Below, piece by piece: positions 49,838-62,369 of a DNA stretch of 64,000 nucleotides. This DNA comes from Chiloscyllium plagiosum (taxonomy: Eukaryota). A program made the position numbers and the translations under genes. The notes under the pieces were generated by a model, which did not search any database, was not told where the DNA came from, and saw only the letters and a program-made list of their open reading frames with translations. Each line of letters begins with the position of its first letter. Within the stretch, counting starts at the first letter, position 1. The DNA lies in the NCBI RefSeq assembly GCF_004010195.1, contig NC_057718.1, positions 65,422,287-65,486,286 of the forward strand, given 5' to 3'.

Positions 49838-52800
49838 CATAGAACATAGAACACTACAATGCAATACAGGCCCTTCGGCCCTCGATACTGTGCCAACCTG
49901 TGGAACCAATCTGAAGCCCATCTAACCTACACTATTCCATTCTTGTCCATATGCCCACCCAATGACCATTTAAATGCCCTACTACTGTTGCAGGCAGTGT
50001 GTTCCATGCCCCTAATACTCTCTGAGTAAAGAAACTACCCCTAATATTTGTCCTATATCTATCAACCCTCAATTTAAAGCTATGTCCCCTGGTGCCAGCC
50101 GTCACCATCCGAGGAAAAAAGCTCTCATTGTCCAACCTGTCTAACCCTCTGATTATCTTAAATGTCTCAATTAAGTCACCTCTCAACCTTCTTTTCTCTA
50201 AAGAAAACAGCCTCAAGTCCCTCAGCCTTCCCTTCCCTCCATACCAGGCAACTTTCTAATAAATCTCCCCTGAACCCTTTCCAAAGCTTCCATATCCTTC
50301 CTATAATGCAGTGACCAGAACTGTATGCAATACTCCAAATGTAGCAGCATCAAGGTTTTGTACAGCTGTAGCATGATCTCATGGTTCCGAAACTCAATCC
50401 CTCTACCAATAAAAGCTAACACACTGTATGTCTATCAACCAGAGTGGCAACTTTCAAGGATCTATGTACCTGGACACTGAGGTCTCTCTGCTCATCTACA
50501 CTACCAAGAATTATACCACTCGCCCAGTATTCTGCATTCCTGTTACTCCTTCCAAAGTGAATCTTCTCGCATTTTTCCGCATTAAACTCCATTTGCCACC
50601 TCTCAGCCCAGCTCTGCAGCTTATCTATGTCTGTCTGTAACCTACAACATCCTTTGTCATTATCCATAATTCTACTGACCTTAGTGTCATCCATAAATTT
50701 GCTACCCCGCCCTTCTATGCCCTCATTCAGGTCATTTATAAAAATGACAAACAACAGTGGACCCCAAACAGATTCTTGCGGTACCTCACTAGTAACTGAA
50801 CTCCAGGATGAACATTTCCCATCAACCACACCCTTTGTATTCTTTCAGCGAGCCCATTTCTGATCCAAACCGCTGAATCACCCTCAGTCCCATGCCTCCG
50901 CATTTTGTGCAATAGCCTACCATGGGGAACCTTATCAAACACCTTACTAAATGCACATACACCACATCAACCGCTTTACCCTCATCCACCTGTTTGGTCA
51001 CCTTCGCAAAGAGCTCAGTTAGGTTTGTGAGAGGCATGAACTACCCTTCACAAAACCGTGTTGACAATCCCTAATCAACTTAGTCCTTTCTAGATGATTA
51101 TAAATCCTATCTCTTATAACCCTATTCAGCACTTTACCCACAACTGAAGTAAGGCTCACAGGTCTATAATTTCCACGGTTGCCACTACTCCCTTTCTTGA
51201 ACAAGGGAACAAAATTTGCTATCCTCCAATCTTCTGGCACTGTTCCTGTAGACAATGATGACATAAAGATCAAAGCTCACGGCTCGACAATCTCCTCCCT
51301 GACTTCCCAGAGAATCCTAGGATAAATCTCACCCAGCTCAGGGGACTTACCTATTTTTACACTTTCCAAAATTGCTAACACCTCCTCCTTATGCACCTCA
51401 AACCTATCTAGTCTAGTAGCCTGTATCTCAGTATTCTCCACAACCACATTGTCTTTTTCTAGTGTGAATGTTGATGAACAGTATTCATTTAGCACTTCCC
51501 CTATCTCTTCTGACTCCATGCACAACTTCCTACCACTATGCTTGATTGGCCCTAACCTTACTCAAGTCATTCTTTTTTTTTTAGATTAGATTAGATTACA
51601 GTGTGGAAACAGGCCCTTCGGCCCAACAAGTCCACACCGACCCGCCAAAGCGAAACCCACCCATACCCCTACATTTACCCCTTACCTAACACTAGGGGGC
51701 AATTTAGTATGGCCAATTCACCTGACCCTGCACATCTTTGGATGGTGGGAGGAAACCGGAGCACCCGGAGGAAACCCACGCAGACACGGGGAGAATGTGC
51801 AAACTCCACACAGTCAGTCGCCTGAGGCGGGAATTGAACCCGGGACTCTGGCGCTGTGAGGCAGCAGTGCTAACCACTGTGCCACTGTGCCGCCCAGATA
51901 TTCCTGATATACCTATAGAAAGCCTTAGGGTTTTCCTTGATCTTATCTGCCAATGATTTCTCATGTCCCTATCTGGTTCTTATTAGCTCTCTCTTTAGGT
52001 CTTTCCTGGCTAACTTGTAGCTGTCAAGTGCCCTAACTGAGCCATCACATCTCATCCTAACATAAGCATTTTTCTTCCTCTTCCTGCACTAGCTAGTCCT
52101 TGAATAAGCACCATATATCAACGGTGCCCATCCCCTCCAGTTTCCTTCCCCATCCTATGCATCCTAAATCTTGCCTAATCACATCATAATTGCCTTTCTC
52201 TCAGCTATAACTTTTGTCCTGTGGTAGACACCTATCCCTTTCCATCACTAAAGTAAACATAACCGAATTGGGGTCACTATCACCAAAGTGCGCACCTACC
52301 TCCAAATCTAACACCTGGCCGGGCACATTACCCAGTACCAAATCCAATGTGGCCTTGCCCCTTGTTGGCCTATCTACATACTGCATACAAAAACTGACCC
52401 ATCTAAAGTACTTAAACTATAGTGTTTCCAGTCAATATTTGGAAAAGTAAAGTCCCCCATAACAACTACCCTTTCACTCTCACTCATTTCCAGGATCATC
52501 TTTGCTATCTTATCCTCAACATCTCTGGAACTATTTGAAGGCCTATAGAAAACTCCAAACAGGATTACTTCTCCTTTCTTGTTTCTAACCTCTGCCCATA
52601 TTACCTCAGTAGACAAATCCTCAAATGTCCTTTCTGTAACCGTAATACTGTCCTTGACAAACAGTGCCACACCATCCCCTCTTTTACCATTTTCTCTGTT
52701 CTTACTGAACCATCTAAATTCCAGAACCTGCAACAACCATTCCTGTCCCTGCTTGACCCATGTCTCTGAAATGGCCACAACATCGAAATTCCAAGTATCA

Positions 52801-53070
52801 ACCCATGCTGCAAGTTCCCCACCTTATTCCGGATGCTCCTGGCATTGAAGTAGACACACTTCAAACCAACTTCTTACTTGCTGGTGCCTTCTTGTGATCT
52901 GGAAATTTTATTTCTGACTTCACTGCTCTCAATCTCCCATATACTCAAACTACAATTTTGGTTCCCATCCCCCTGCTGAATTAGTTTAAACCCACCTGAA
53001 GAGCATTTGCAAATTTCCCCCCCAGGATATTGGTACGCCTCTGGTTCAGGTGAAGACTATCCTGTTTGTA
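49838..53070 (-). mobile_element. CR1 LINE including the ORF1 C-terminus, full ORF2 span and 3' end
   Basis: ORF1 end LHLNQRRTNILGGKFANA (esterase-type), ORF2 start KCVYFNARSIRNK, AISETW, RPVSLTS, KFMDDTK; (TTCTATG) tail at 49838. Confidence 0.95.
51581..51895 (-). mobile_element. HE1-like SINE inserted in CR1
   Basis: A/B boxes and (AATCT)n tail; CR1 sequence continues on both sides. Confidence 0.95.
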
Positions 53071-53074
53071 GAAA

Positions 53075-53260
53075 GTCTAGGCACTCAAGCATATATTAAT
53101 GATTAAAATGAAGGAAAACTTAAAGAAGTATCTGAAGAAAGATCAAGACCAGAATATGGGATGTAAATGCTATGGGAGACACAAGAAGGAAAAGGAAGCA
53201 TGCTCAGCATAGAGAAAGCAGCACTCTAACTGCAAGAAGCTGAAATACGTATTTACTGGA
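53075..53260 (+). mobile_element. Gypsy gag remnant (3' part, zinc knuckle region)
   Basis: Degenerate CK..GRH...EACSA..KQ.SNCKK. Confidence 0.55.
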
Positions 53261-53269
53261 AAAAAACAA

Positions 53270-53427
53270 GCTGAAAATGTGTTGCTGGAAAAGGGCTTAT
53301 GCCCTGAAGAAGGGCTTATGCCCGAAACGTCGATTCTCCTGTTCCCTGGATGCTGCCTGACCTGCTGCGCTTTTCCAGCAACACATTTTCAGCTCTGATC
53401 TCCAGCATCTGCAGACCTCACTTTCTC
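53270..53427. mobile_element. Family A element with a ~25 nt inverted arm and duplicated stem II
   Basis: Intact hammerhead core at about 53304-53331; TSD ctgg(A7/A8)caa at 53256-53269 and 53428-53442. Confidence 0.9.
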
Positions 53428-53639
53428 CTGGAAAAAAAACAAAACATGTCTGTAAAAATGGTTGCTGATAGGATTTTGGGTAATGATTCTGGTGAAACAC
53501 TTACACCATAGAAGAGACTGGTGTTGCCAAGTTTCAAGGAAAAGAATGGTTTGTGATTGTTAGAATGATGGCTGCAAAAGGAGAATATCCAGTTAATATG
53601 AAGTGCCAGATAGACAGTGCTACATTCGGCTTCATGAAC

Positions 53640-54610
53640 TTTTAAACTGGAGGATGTTATATGGTCCATAATAGGATTCTACTTTCCTTTATCCATGCAA
53701 ATAATTTTGACTGAAGGATCCAGAGTTAAATTTCAAAATCTGCTGATGATACCAAACTTAGGTGTGCTGAAAATTGATTGCAATGGAACATGGATAGGCA
53801 CACAAAATGGAGACACAAGTGGCAAATTGAATTTAATGCAGGGAAGTTAAATTACAACACTTAAAAGATAAGAAGGCTTTAAAGGGATATGGGCCAAACA
53901 CAGGCAAATTGAATGCGATCAGTTTTGGAAACCTGGTCAGTGTGGATGAGTTGGGCAAAAGAGCCTGTTTCTGTGCTATACGCCTCTATGATTCTTGAAT
54001 GCAAAGTGATGCATTTTAGCAGAGGGGATAGTGATCGGCACTATCATTTAAAGGCACAATTCTAGTGAGCATGTAAGATATCTGGAAGTTCTTGTGCATA
54101 GATCTTTAAGGTGGCAGGACATATTGAGAATGTGGTTGAGAAAGAATTTGGTATTTTGGGCTGCGTAAGTGTAGCTTTTGAGTATAAGAACAGAACATTG
54201 AGCTGACCCATTTGAGATGCTGACATTGTTCTCTTTGGAAGATAAGACATTGAAGGGAGACCTAACAAAGGTTTATAAAATTTTGACAGCTTTAGACAAG
54301 GTAGACAAGCCAAACCTGTCCCCATTAGCTGACTGTAAAAGAATGAGAGGACACAGATTTTAGGTTTTAGATACAGGAATATAAGATATAATTTTTTGAG
54401 GCTACAAGTGGTAATGACCTGTAAATTTCTGTTTACGAGGGTGATGGGAGGACAGATTTCAAAAGGAAATTGGATAGATATTTGAGGGAAATGAACTTAG
54501 AGAGCAAAAGGGATGGAATGTGGAAATTGGCCTGATTGGGATTGGATTGATCTGTAAGGCGGGCATAGGTTTTGGGCTGAATGGCCTCCTCATATGCTGT
54601 AATAACTCTC
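53640..54610 (+). mobile_element. Decayed CR1 RT/3' region with a nested HER1 3' end (about 53870-53995)
   Basis: KSADDTKLRC, WQIEFNA remnants. Confidence 0.7.
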
Positions 54611-57600
54611 AAACCTAAGCATTGACTCTAACCCTGAGCAATTAGTCTTATAAATGGTGAAAGAAGTATTGGGTTTTATAGAACATAAACATTAGTACAC
54701 CATGATAAATCTTTACTAAGCCTTAGTAAGATCATTGTCAGGGTAGTGTGTGGGCACCAAACTGTAGGAAAGTTTGGACACAATTGATTGGGTATGACTC
54801 AGGTTTATTTGGTTACTGTCTGACCAATGCAAATACAAAACTGAAAAATAATAGAACATTTGAACTTGTTTCATTCAAACAGAAAGTATTTGAGGAATAC
54901 TTAAAGGAGTGCATTAAATTATGAAAACTAAATACAAATAGGGGAGATGAAAGAGTAAAATGGCAGGTGACAAATCAGCAACCATTTTACAAATCCATCT
55001 CAGTGTTGCTCTCCAGTAAATTCAAAGAACTGGAGAAATATTATTTCACAGTGCATATGAGGCTCTGTTTCAGATAACATTACATTTAAAAATGGATGAG
55101 ATCGATAACTGAAAGAAAAAAGAATATAGGAACGGAGTGGACTCAAAGAATTAACTCTACTGGTCATGTGAAGAATAAACATCATAAGAAACACAAACTG
55201 GTTGAATAAATCTGTTTCTATGCCATAATTCTTGTATAATTCTCAGTTAACATAAGCATGTATGAACTCTCCAGTACAATTATAACATTGCTATCATAGA
55301 ATTACATAAAGTTTACATAAACAGTCAACTTAATCCTACTGGTCTTAACCAATCTCTTCCTGCTTTATTTAACTCGATTGTCCATTCTTTATGTTTTTAT
55401 AGATAACTCTTAAATGCAATATACTATTTGCCTCACCTACTTCTTGTAATAGTAATTTATTCTAATCAATCGGCGTTAAGAAGTTTAGTTACTATCTCAT
55501 ATTTAAGACCATATTTCTTGACTTTCATAAGTGATGGGGCACTTTTGGTAGCATTTGACTCTTTTCAAGTAATCACTGCCGACTCCTTCATCATTGAGAG
55601 CAAATGTTTAATTCCACCTCTGATCAGCATTTGAAGCCTTAGCACGTTCACTCACCACTTATTGCAATTGAGTGAAGAAATGTTTGCATTAAAACACAGC
55701 TGAAGTTTAGAAATATCTGCTTCATGTGTTTGCCCCTTCAATGTTGTTAACACGGATCCTGCACTTTCACCCATCAAACGGACAATCCTGCCAACCATCT
55801 CATCTGGATGTTATCGCAGCCATTTTCCAGTTGCCTTTTGCATCTCACTCAATCCTGACAGTCCATTTCCAGCCAGCCCCCTTGTGCAAATCCACCACAA
55901 TAAACTTTTTCTCCAAATATCCTTTCTGAGGTCCAGTCATTGCACCTTATTGATGTCCACCCTGTTCTGCCTGTGAAGCCAATAGTGTTGGTTCCTGCCA
56001 AAGACTTCTTTTCCCATAGCCCACCTGAAGCTATACCACCTTCCCCCAACATGCCTTGAGTTTCCCCGTCACTGTCCTTCTCACTATCTTCACATCTCCT
56101 TTACCGCAGCCTGACTACTCCCTTACTTTTGGCAGTAACACTGATATCCCTACAGCCGACCCTTGCATCCTCCTCAAATATCAATGCATGGACCCCCAAA
56201 CTGTACTTGCCCCAGAGCTCTGATTGACTTCAAGTAGTTCCAGACACGGCTGACAAGGCCCCTGACTATGTATACAGTTCCTCGATGATAATACACAGTA
56301 CCTCTGACAGCTGGTGCTGGCCTACAGTACTGATTGTTGCGAACTACTCATAACATACTCTGACATATCCCTGAGCAGGGAAACTTATGTGGCTGAACCA
56401 CATATGTGCAGACTATGCCTGTGACTGACTATATTGCGACCTCCTAACCGATATTGGCCCTGCATTGAGTGGACTGTGGACCAGCCTCACCCATTTTCCG
56501 ACATGGCTATTTAGTTGAATGAAGGTGCAATGTGTTTGCTGCACAGGAAGCTGGCACATGCAGACAGTGTTAAATTGATGTCTCAGTGTGCTGTCCAGCA
56601 AGATATTCTGAACCCACCAACCTCAGTACTTAACCCCAGTCAGATCCCCACTGACAAGCAGCCTGACTGTGTCTCTATGCAAAAAAGTACTGATATCGCG
56701 TAACACTTCAGTCACAGGCTAAAGGCTAACAGGCATGGCAAACAAGGCAGGGATGCTGTGAGAAATCAGGTTTGTATTAAAAGAACAAGTAAGTAACCCT
56801 GGGATACAACCTGGTTCAATCTGTGAACTTGGTGCCTGTCCATACATGCAAGGTGTCCAGCAGCAGCTTTTCAATGCAAGTTGTCAGTGCAATTAAGGTC
56901 TGTGGTTCCAAAGTATCCTGTAAAGTGGATGGAGATGCGTCATGAGGATCATAAGGGCTTTGTAAATATTGGATGTAATGTTCTTGGTTTGGGGTGTGCA
57001 CAGCTGGCAGCCATGGATCGTTTCATGACATGCTGTTTGATGCTGAGCAACATGGATGCTTTTCACAACCAGTGGTAAACTGAAATTGCCAGGTACCTGC
57101 TTTGACATTCTTGTTAAGATTTCTTGACATCTAGTTTGTTTGATGCAGGTGGTAAGGTGGGAAACTGAATATTAATGAGGTAAGTTGTGCTGTTAGTGAG
57201 ATATTTAACAGGCTACTATCCCCCAAAAGTCGGCAACTCATTGCTGCCTAGTGTGAAATTCGCCTTACTGCCTGGCAGATACATAAAGTATACAGCGAGT
57301 TGCTCCTGATTTTGAAACAGGCCTTGCTGGGCTTTCTGGGTGATTTTACCACAAGAGTCATGTTGTAGCCAAGGCCATTCAGGCCACTGTAAAATTCGGC
57401 CCATTACATTGTTCACCAAGATACTTGGCATCCACAATCTTTCTTCTTGTTGATTTGTAGATGGTTATTCCACTTAAGAAAATTTCACTGGATCAACCTG
57501 TAGTTTTATTTTGCCTACTAATCATTGTGACCTTTTCTCTGGTTTGCAGATTACAAATCTATATGTGGCAACTGCTGTGAAAAGATTAGGTTCCCAGACC

Positions 57601-58312
57601 CTCCCTTGCAGTCATTGAAATTTGATTAAAAAGAATGAAAGCCTTACTCCAGAAGAGAAATAGGTTTGTGATATCATTGTTCTTGAATATAATATGGAAC
57701 TCACATCCATTGTTTTAAAATAGTAACTAGCATTATCGCCCCTTGATATCTTCATTTGTGGATTTATTTTAAACTTTTAGCATTCCTTCAATTTTCTTGA
57801 TGCTATAACTACATGTGACTAACACACAACCTTTAACATAAATAGCAGCATAGTTATATCAGCCACTCTGTTAAATGAAAATCTTAAATTAATTGCTTCA
57901 AAAAAGATCACTTTGCTCAGAATTTGTTTCAAAGCTTCCGTGTCCTTACCATTGTCACATCACCTGATGCTGTTATAAAGAGCCCTTAACTTAATAAATG
58001 TCCCAAACTATTTCTGTGAAAGAAGGGAGGATCAGTGATGGAGAATGGTGACCAACAACCTGGCCAGAGAGGAGCTGTTGGAAGGGTAGATGAGGATTTG
58101 CAAGAAGGAGAGATTTAAGGTGAGTCTAAAAGAATATGGTGCCAAGACAGTTCCAGGTCATAGCTTTATTTTATGGAAGAAATAAGTAATGACTTGCACT
58201 CATATAGAACGTTTTCACAACCGTGCGGTATCACAAAATACCTCAGGGCCAGGGAGCTATTTGGATGTGTAGCCATTGTCATTCTCTAGGAAATGTTAGG
58301 CTGAGATAAATA

Positions 58313-58482
58313 CATAGAGTCATAGAGATGTACAGCATGGAAACAGATCCTTCGGTCCAACCCGTCCATGCCAACCAGATATCCCAACCCAATCTAGTCC
58401 CATCTGCCAGCACCCGGCCCATATCCCTCCAAACCCTTCCTATTCATATACCCATCCAAATGCCTCTTAAATGTTGCAATTG
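58313..58482 (-). mobile_element. HER1/CR1 3' end (young, short)
   Basis: Near-identical to the 3' ends at 6706 and 31995. Confidence 0.9.
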
Positions 58483-59269
58483 AGACAGTGTAACAGAGCC
58501 AATGGTGAAAGCTGCAACAAATTCAGAAAATGATGCTGAGAGTAACTGTATACCTGTCAAGGATGGGCTCAATCGTGGGTGATGGTGACAAAGGAGGTAT
58601 GTAGTGGAGCAACAATGACTGTGTTGGAATATGGTGCATTCAGATAGAACAACAGGAGGTAATGACAAGGACCACAACATGGATGAGGGTAACTGTGCAA
58701 ACCCTGAGATGTTGGACAGAAACTAAGCACACTCAAGATCAGCTCCAAAACCATGACCACTTTGGTTTGTCTGCACATAACAGCAGAAATCCGTCTTTGC
58801 CAACTGCCCTCAGTACCAAATATATGTGCCTATTCTCAGAGCTGAAAATGCTTGGTAGTTTTGGAGGAGATAAAACTTAAAAGTATAGAATGCTGGTAAA
58901 GGTGTGGATCACAGAAAGTTAACACAGCCTGACATCTGATTTAAGGGCATGATGGCCCTTCTAACACATTATGATGTGTGGACTTTCTTGTCACAAGTTA
59001 TGTTGCACGGTGACCTTCACAGGCAAGAAGCTGGCTAGTCTATTACAAGCACCAAGGTAGTAAATATCAGTGGCCTCCACAGAAATCATCATTGATTGTT
59101 GTGAACCTGTTGTCATCATCAGCATCAAGGGGCCTTCCCTGTGGACATCCATTGTAACTCTGGAAGAAATCTGACAGAATGATTCAGAAATACATTGGGT
59201 CCACACTCAGTGCAGCACACAAAAGCAAGAAGGTTACAATGAATATCTAGAAAATATTTGCTCAACCTC

Positions 59270-59790
59270 AGTTGGCATATTGGTCCAATTCCAAATGTTA
59301 TACTTTAGCAAGAATAGGAAAGCATCAAAGAGAGTGTATAAAAGATTTATCAGATGAGAAACTTTGATAACATGAGTAAATTAAAAAGCTGGAGCTGTTC
59401 TCCTCAGAGAAGATTGAGAGGACATTTGATAGATCTGTTCAATATCACGAGATTTTGGACAGAGTGAAAAAATGGAGAACATGTTCCCATTGCTGATAAA
59501 GTCAAAAAGCAAGGGACACAAATTTAAGATGACTGACAAAAGCAGCAATGACGACAAGAGGCAAAACTCTTTTATGCAGTGAGTGGTTATGATCTGAAAC
59601 ACACTGCCAGAGACGGTGATGAAGTTATATTGAACCATGACTTTCAAAAGAGAACTGGATAATTACCTCAAAAGACAGAAATCTGCAGGTTTGCGGGAGA
59701 TCAGGTGAATTGATCTTGCATAGAGCCAGTATGGTTATAATGGGCCAAATGGCTTCCTTCTGTATTTGATCTATTTGATGATTCTACGAA
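59270..59790 (+). mobile_element. Decayed CR1 3' fragment
   Basis: KLELFSS.RRLRG.LI..F.I remnants. Confidence 0.7.
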
Positions 59791-60365
59791 TGCAATATTC
59801 TGCTTCCAGTGGTAATGTGGTTTGAGTTGGGTCAGGCATTTAATTAGGTGGGTGGTGGCCTACCTGGGTACTGCCTTCATGCCGAAATTAACTACTGGAC
59901 AATAAGACCTGTGGTCAACCTTCCAGTCTACCACCCTGAAGTGGCTAATTAAAGACCTTTTTAAGGACCTCACCCTGCAGTTGGTGGGATAACCCAACTG
60001 CAAGATAGCCCGTCCATGTCTCATAATAAATGCTTTAAGTGTTTGATAGCATTCCTTAATACATGATAAGATATAGACATTTTTCTGTTGTCACATTATA
60101 TGATGCACTAAATGCAGTTAGAATAAACTACAATTGTATAGTTCAGCTTCTATACTTTGGGCAGTTTGTTACCTTGTTCAGGGGCTCCCTTGATTTAAGG
60201 CAATCAGTGTCCAACTGAGGGTTGGACATTGGCAAGGAGGTGCCTGCTATGAGCCACTCTCCTGCCATTATTGCTGGCTTCCTCTATCTCAATTCCTCCA
60301 CTTTCCACGTCCCTGAAGCTGAGAACACTCTGCCAGCTCTCCAATGTACTTAACTATAACCTGAA

Positions 60366-61067
60366 TCATAGAGTCATAGAGATGTCCACCATGGAAACAG
60401 ACCCTTCGGTCTATCTCATCCATGCCGACTTGACATCCTAAATTAATCTAGTCCCACTTGCCAGCACTTGCCCATATCCATCTAAACCTTCCTATAAATA
60501 TACCATCCAGGTGCCTTTTAAATGTTGTAATTGTACCAGACTCCACCAGTTCCTCTGGCAGCTCATTCCATACACACACTGCCCTCTGTGTGAAAAAGTT
60601 GTCCCTTAGGTCCCTTTTAAATCTTTCCCCTCTCACCCTAAACCTAGCCCTCTAGTTCTGGACTTCCCCAATCCTGGGAAAAGGTCTTGTCTATTTACCC
60701 TATCCATGCCCCTCAAGATTTTATAGACCTCTATAAGGTCACCTCTCAGCTTCTGATGCTCCAGAGAAACAACCCCAGCCTATTCAGCCTCCCCCTATAG
60801 CTCAAACCCTCCAACCCTGGCAACATCCTTGTAAATCTTTTCTGAACCTTTTCAAGTTTCACAACATCATAGGAGGGAGAGCATAATTGCACACAATATT
60901 CCAAAAGTGGCCTGTACAAATACCTGTACAGCCACAACATGACCACCCAACTTCTATGCGCAATGCTCTGACCAATAAAGGAAAGCATTCCAAACGCCTT
61001 CTTCACTATCCTATCTACCTGTGACCCAACTTTCAAGGAGCTATGAACCTACATTCCAAGGTCTCTT
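60366..61067 (-). mobile_element. CR1/HER1 3' fragment
   Basis: RPLLEYCVQ, VVKLEKVQKRFTRMLPG, VWNELP. Confidence 0.92.
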
Positions 61068-61159
61068 CTTGATACTCTGTCAGTGCTCCTTCAGCAGAAG
61101 CCACGGCCTTCTCCATGGAACTAATAAGTGAAAGAACTGCTAGCCTCTAATTCACCAGC

Positions 61160-61383
61160 TGAAAATGTGTTGCTGGAAAAGCGCAGCAGGTCAGGCAGCA
61201 TCCAAGGAGCAGGAGAATCGACGTTTCGGGCATGAGCCCTTCTTCAGGAATTTTCTTTCCTGAAGAAGGGCTCATGCCCGAAACTTTGATTCTCCTGCTC
61301 CTTGGATGCTGCCTGACCTGCTGCGCTTTTCCAGCAACACATTTTTAGCTCTTGATCTCCAGCATCTGCAGTCCTCACTTTCT
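61160..61383. mobile_element. Family A palindromic mini-element with two hammerhead motifs
   Basis: Left (-) core intact, right (+) core mutated; 16-bp TSD cctctaattcaccagc at 61144-61159 and 61384-61399. Confidence 0.93.
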
Positions 61384-61716
61384 CCTCTAATTCACCAGCA
61401 TCTCTCACTTGGTAGAACTTTCATTCCCAGGACCTAATTCTGGGTATGGCCAGCTAACTAGCTTCACTAGTGCCTGATTGACCGAGAGTTAACATTTTGT
61501 CATTTTTTGCTGAATTCTGAAATTCTCTGAATCCTCAGGTTTGCTGCTTTGCTGCTTATTCATCCCCTCTTTGAATATAATACTATCCATAGTTTCTTTT
61601 GTAAGCTGTGCTTGCACCACCTTTCCTCTTAATTTTGTGTCAGTCAGGATAATTGCTGCAATTCATGCACTTTTTTTTTAAATACTCTATTGCCTATTGC
61701 CTAGTCACTATCATCC

Positions 61717-61818
61717 AGTTCAGAAGAAGGGTCACTTGACTCAAAACGTTAACTCTGATTTCTCTTCACAGATGCTGCCAAACTTGATGAGCTTTTACAG
61801 CAACTTCTGCTTTTGTTT
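61717..61818 (+). mobile_element. Family D single arm with degenerate hammerhead
   Basis: gtt-cagaaga-a-gggtc-actt-gactc-aaaacgtt-aac: stem I GTT/AAC and stem II kept, core mutated. Confidence 0.7.
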
Positions 61819-61911
61819 GGGGCTTTGCATAGCTTTAGCTCAACTATTAATTCTTGTTCTATTCCTTATAAGTCCTGCCTAAAGTAGATAACCTCATCAA
61901 TGGATGTCCCT

Positions 61912-62214
61912 GGTGCCTCACAGCACCAGGGACTTGGGTTTGATTCCCGCCTTGGGTGACTGTTTGAGTGGAGTTTGCACATTCCCCCCCTGTCTGTGTG
62001 GGTTTCCTCCAGGTGCTCTGGTTTCCTCCCACAGTCCAAAGATGTGCAGGTTAGGTGAATTGGTCATGCTAAATTGCCCATAGTGTTCAGGGATGTGTAG
62101 GTTCGGTGCATTAGTCAGAGGTAAATATAGGGTAGGGCAATGGGTCTGGCTGGGTTACTGTCCAGACTTGTTGGGCCAAATGGTCTGTTTCCATACTGTA
62201 GGGTATCTAATCTA
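61912..62214 (+). mobile_element. HE1-like SINE, 5' end damaged
   Basis: Box B, V core, atctaatct tail. Confidence 0.88.
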
Positions 62215-62369
62215 AAAAAAATCATATGATAGAATTCTTCATTAACATGGAGTGAAGTAGTCACATCCAAAACTTAGGTCCTGGCAGGGCTCAAATTAAT
62301 TGCCAAAGATGGACTGGAGAACTTTACTGAAAGGGCTGACAGTTCCTAGGCAATGGGTAACTTTTAAAC

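Noticed and set aside
56770..56795. Micro-exon cag|...|gtaagt
   Set aside because: No polypyrimidine tract and no other support
57389..57402. Harbinger-like TIR gtaaaattcggccc (similar motif at about 43323)
   Set aside because: No partner TIR or TSD could be located, so element boundaries are unsupported
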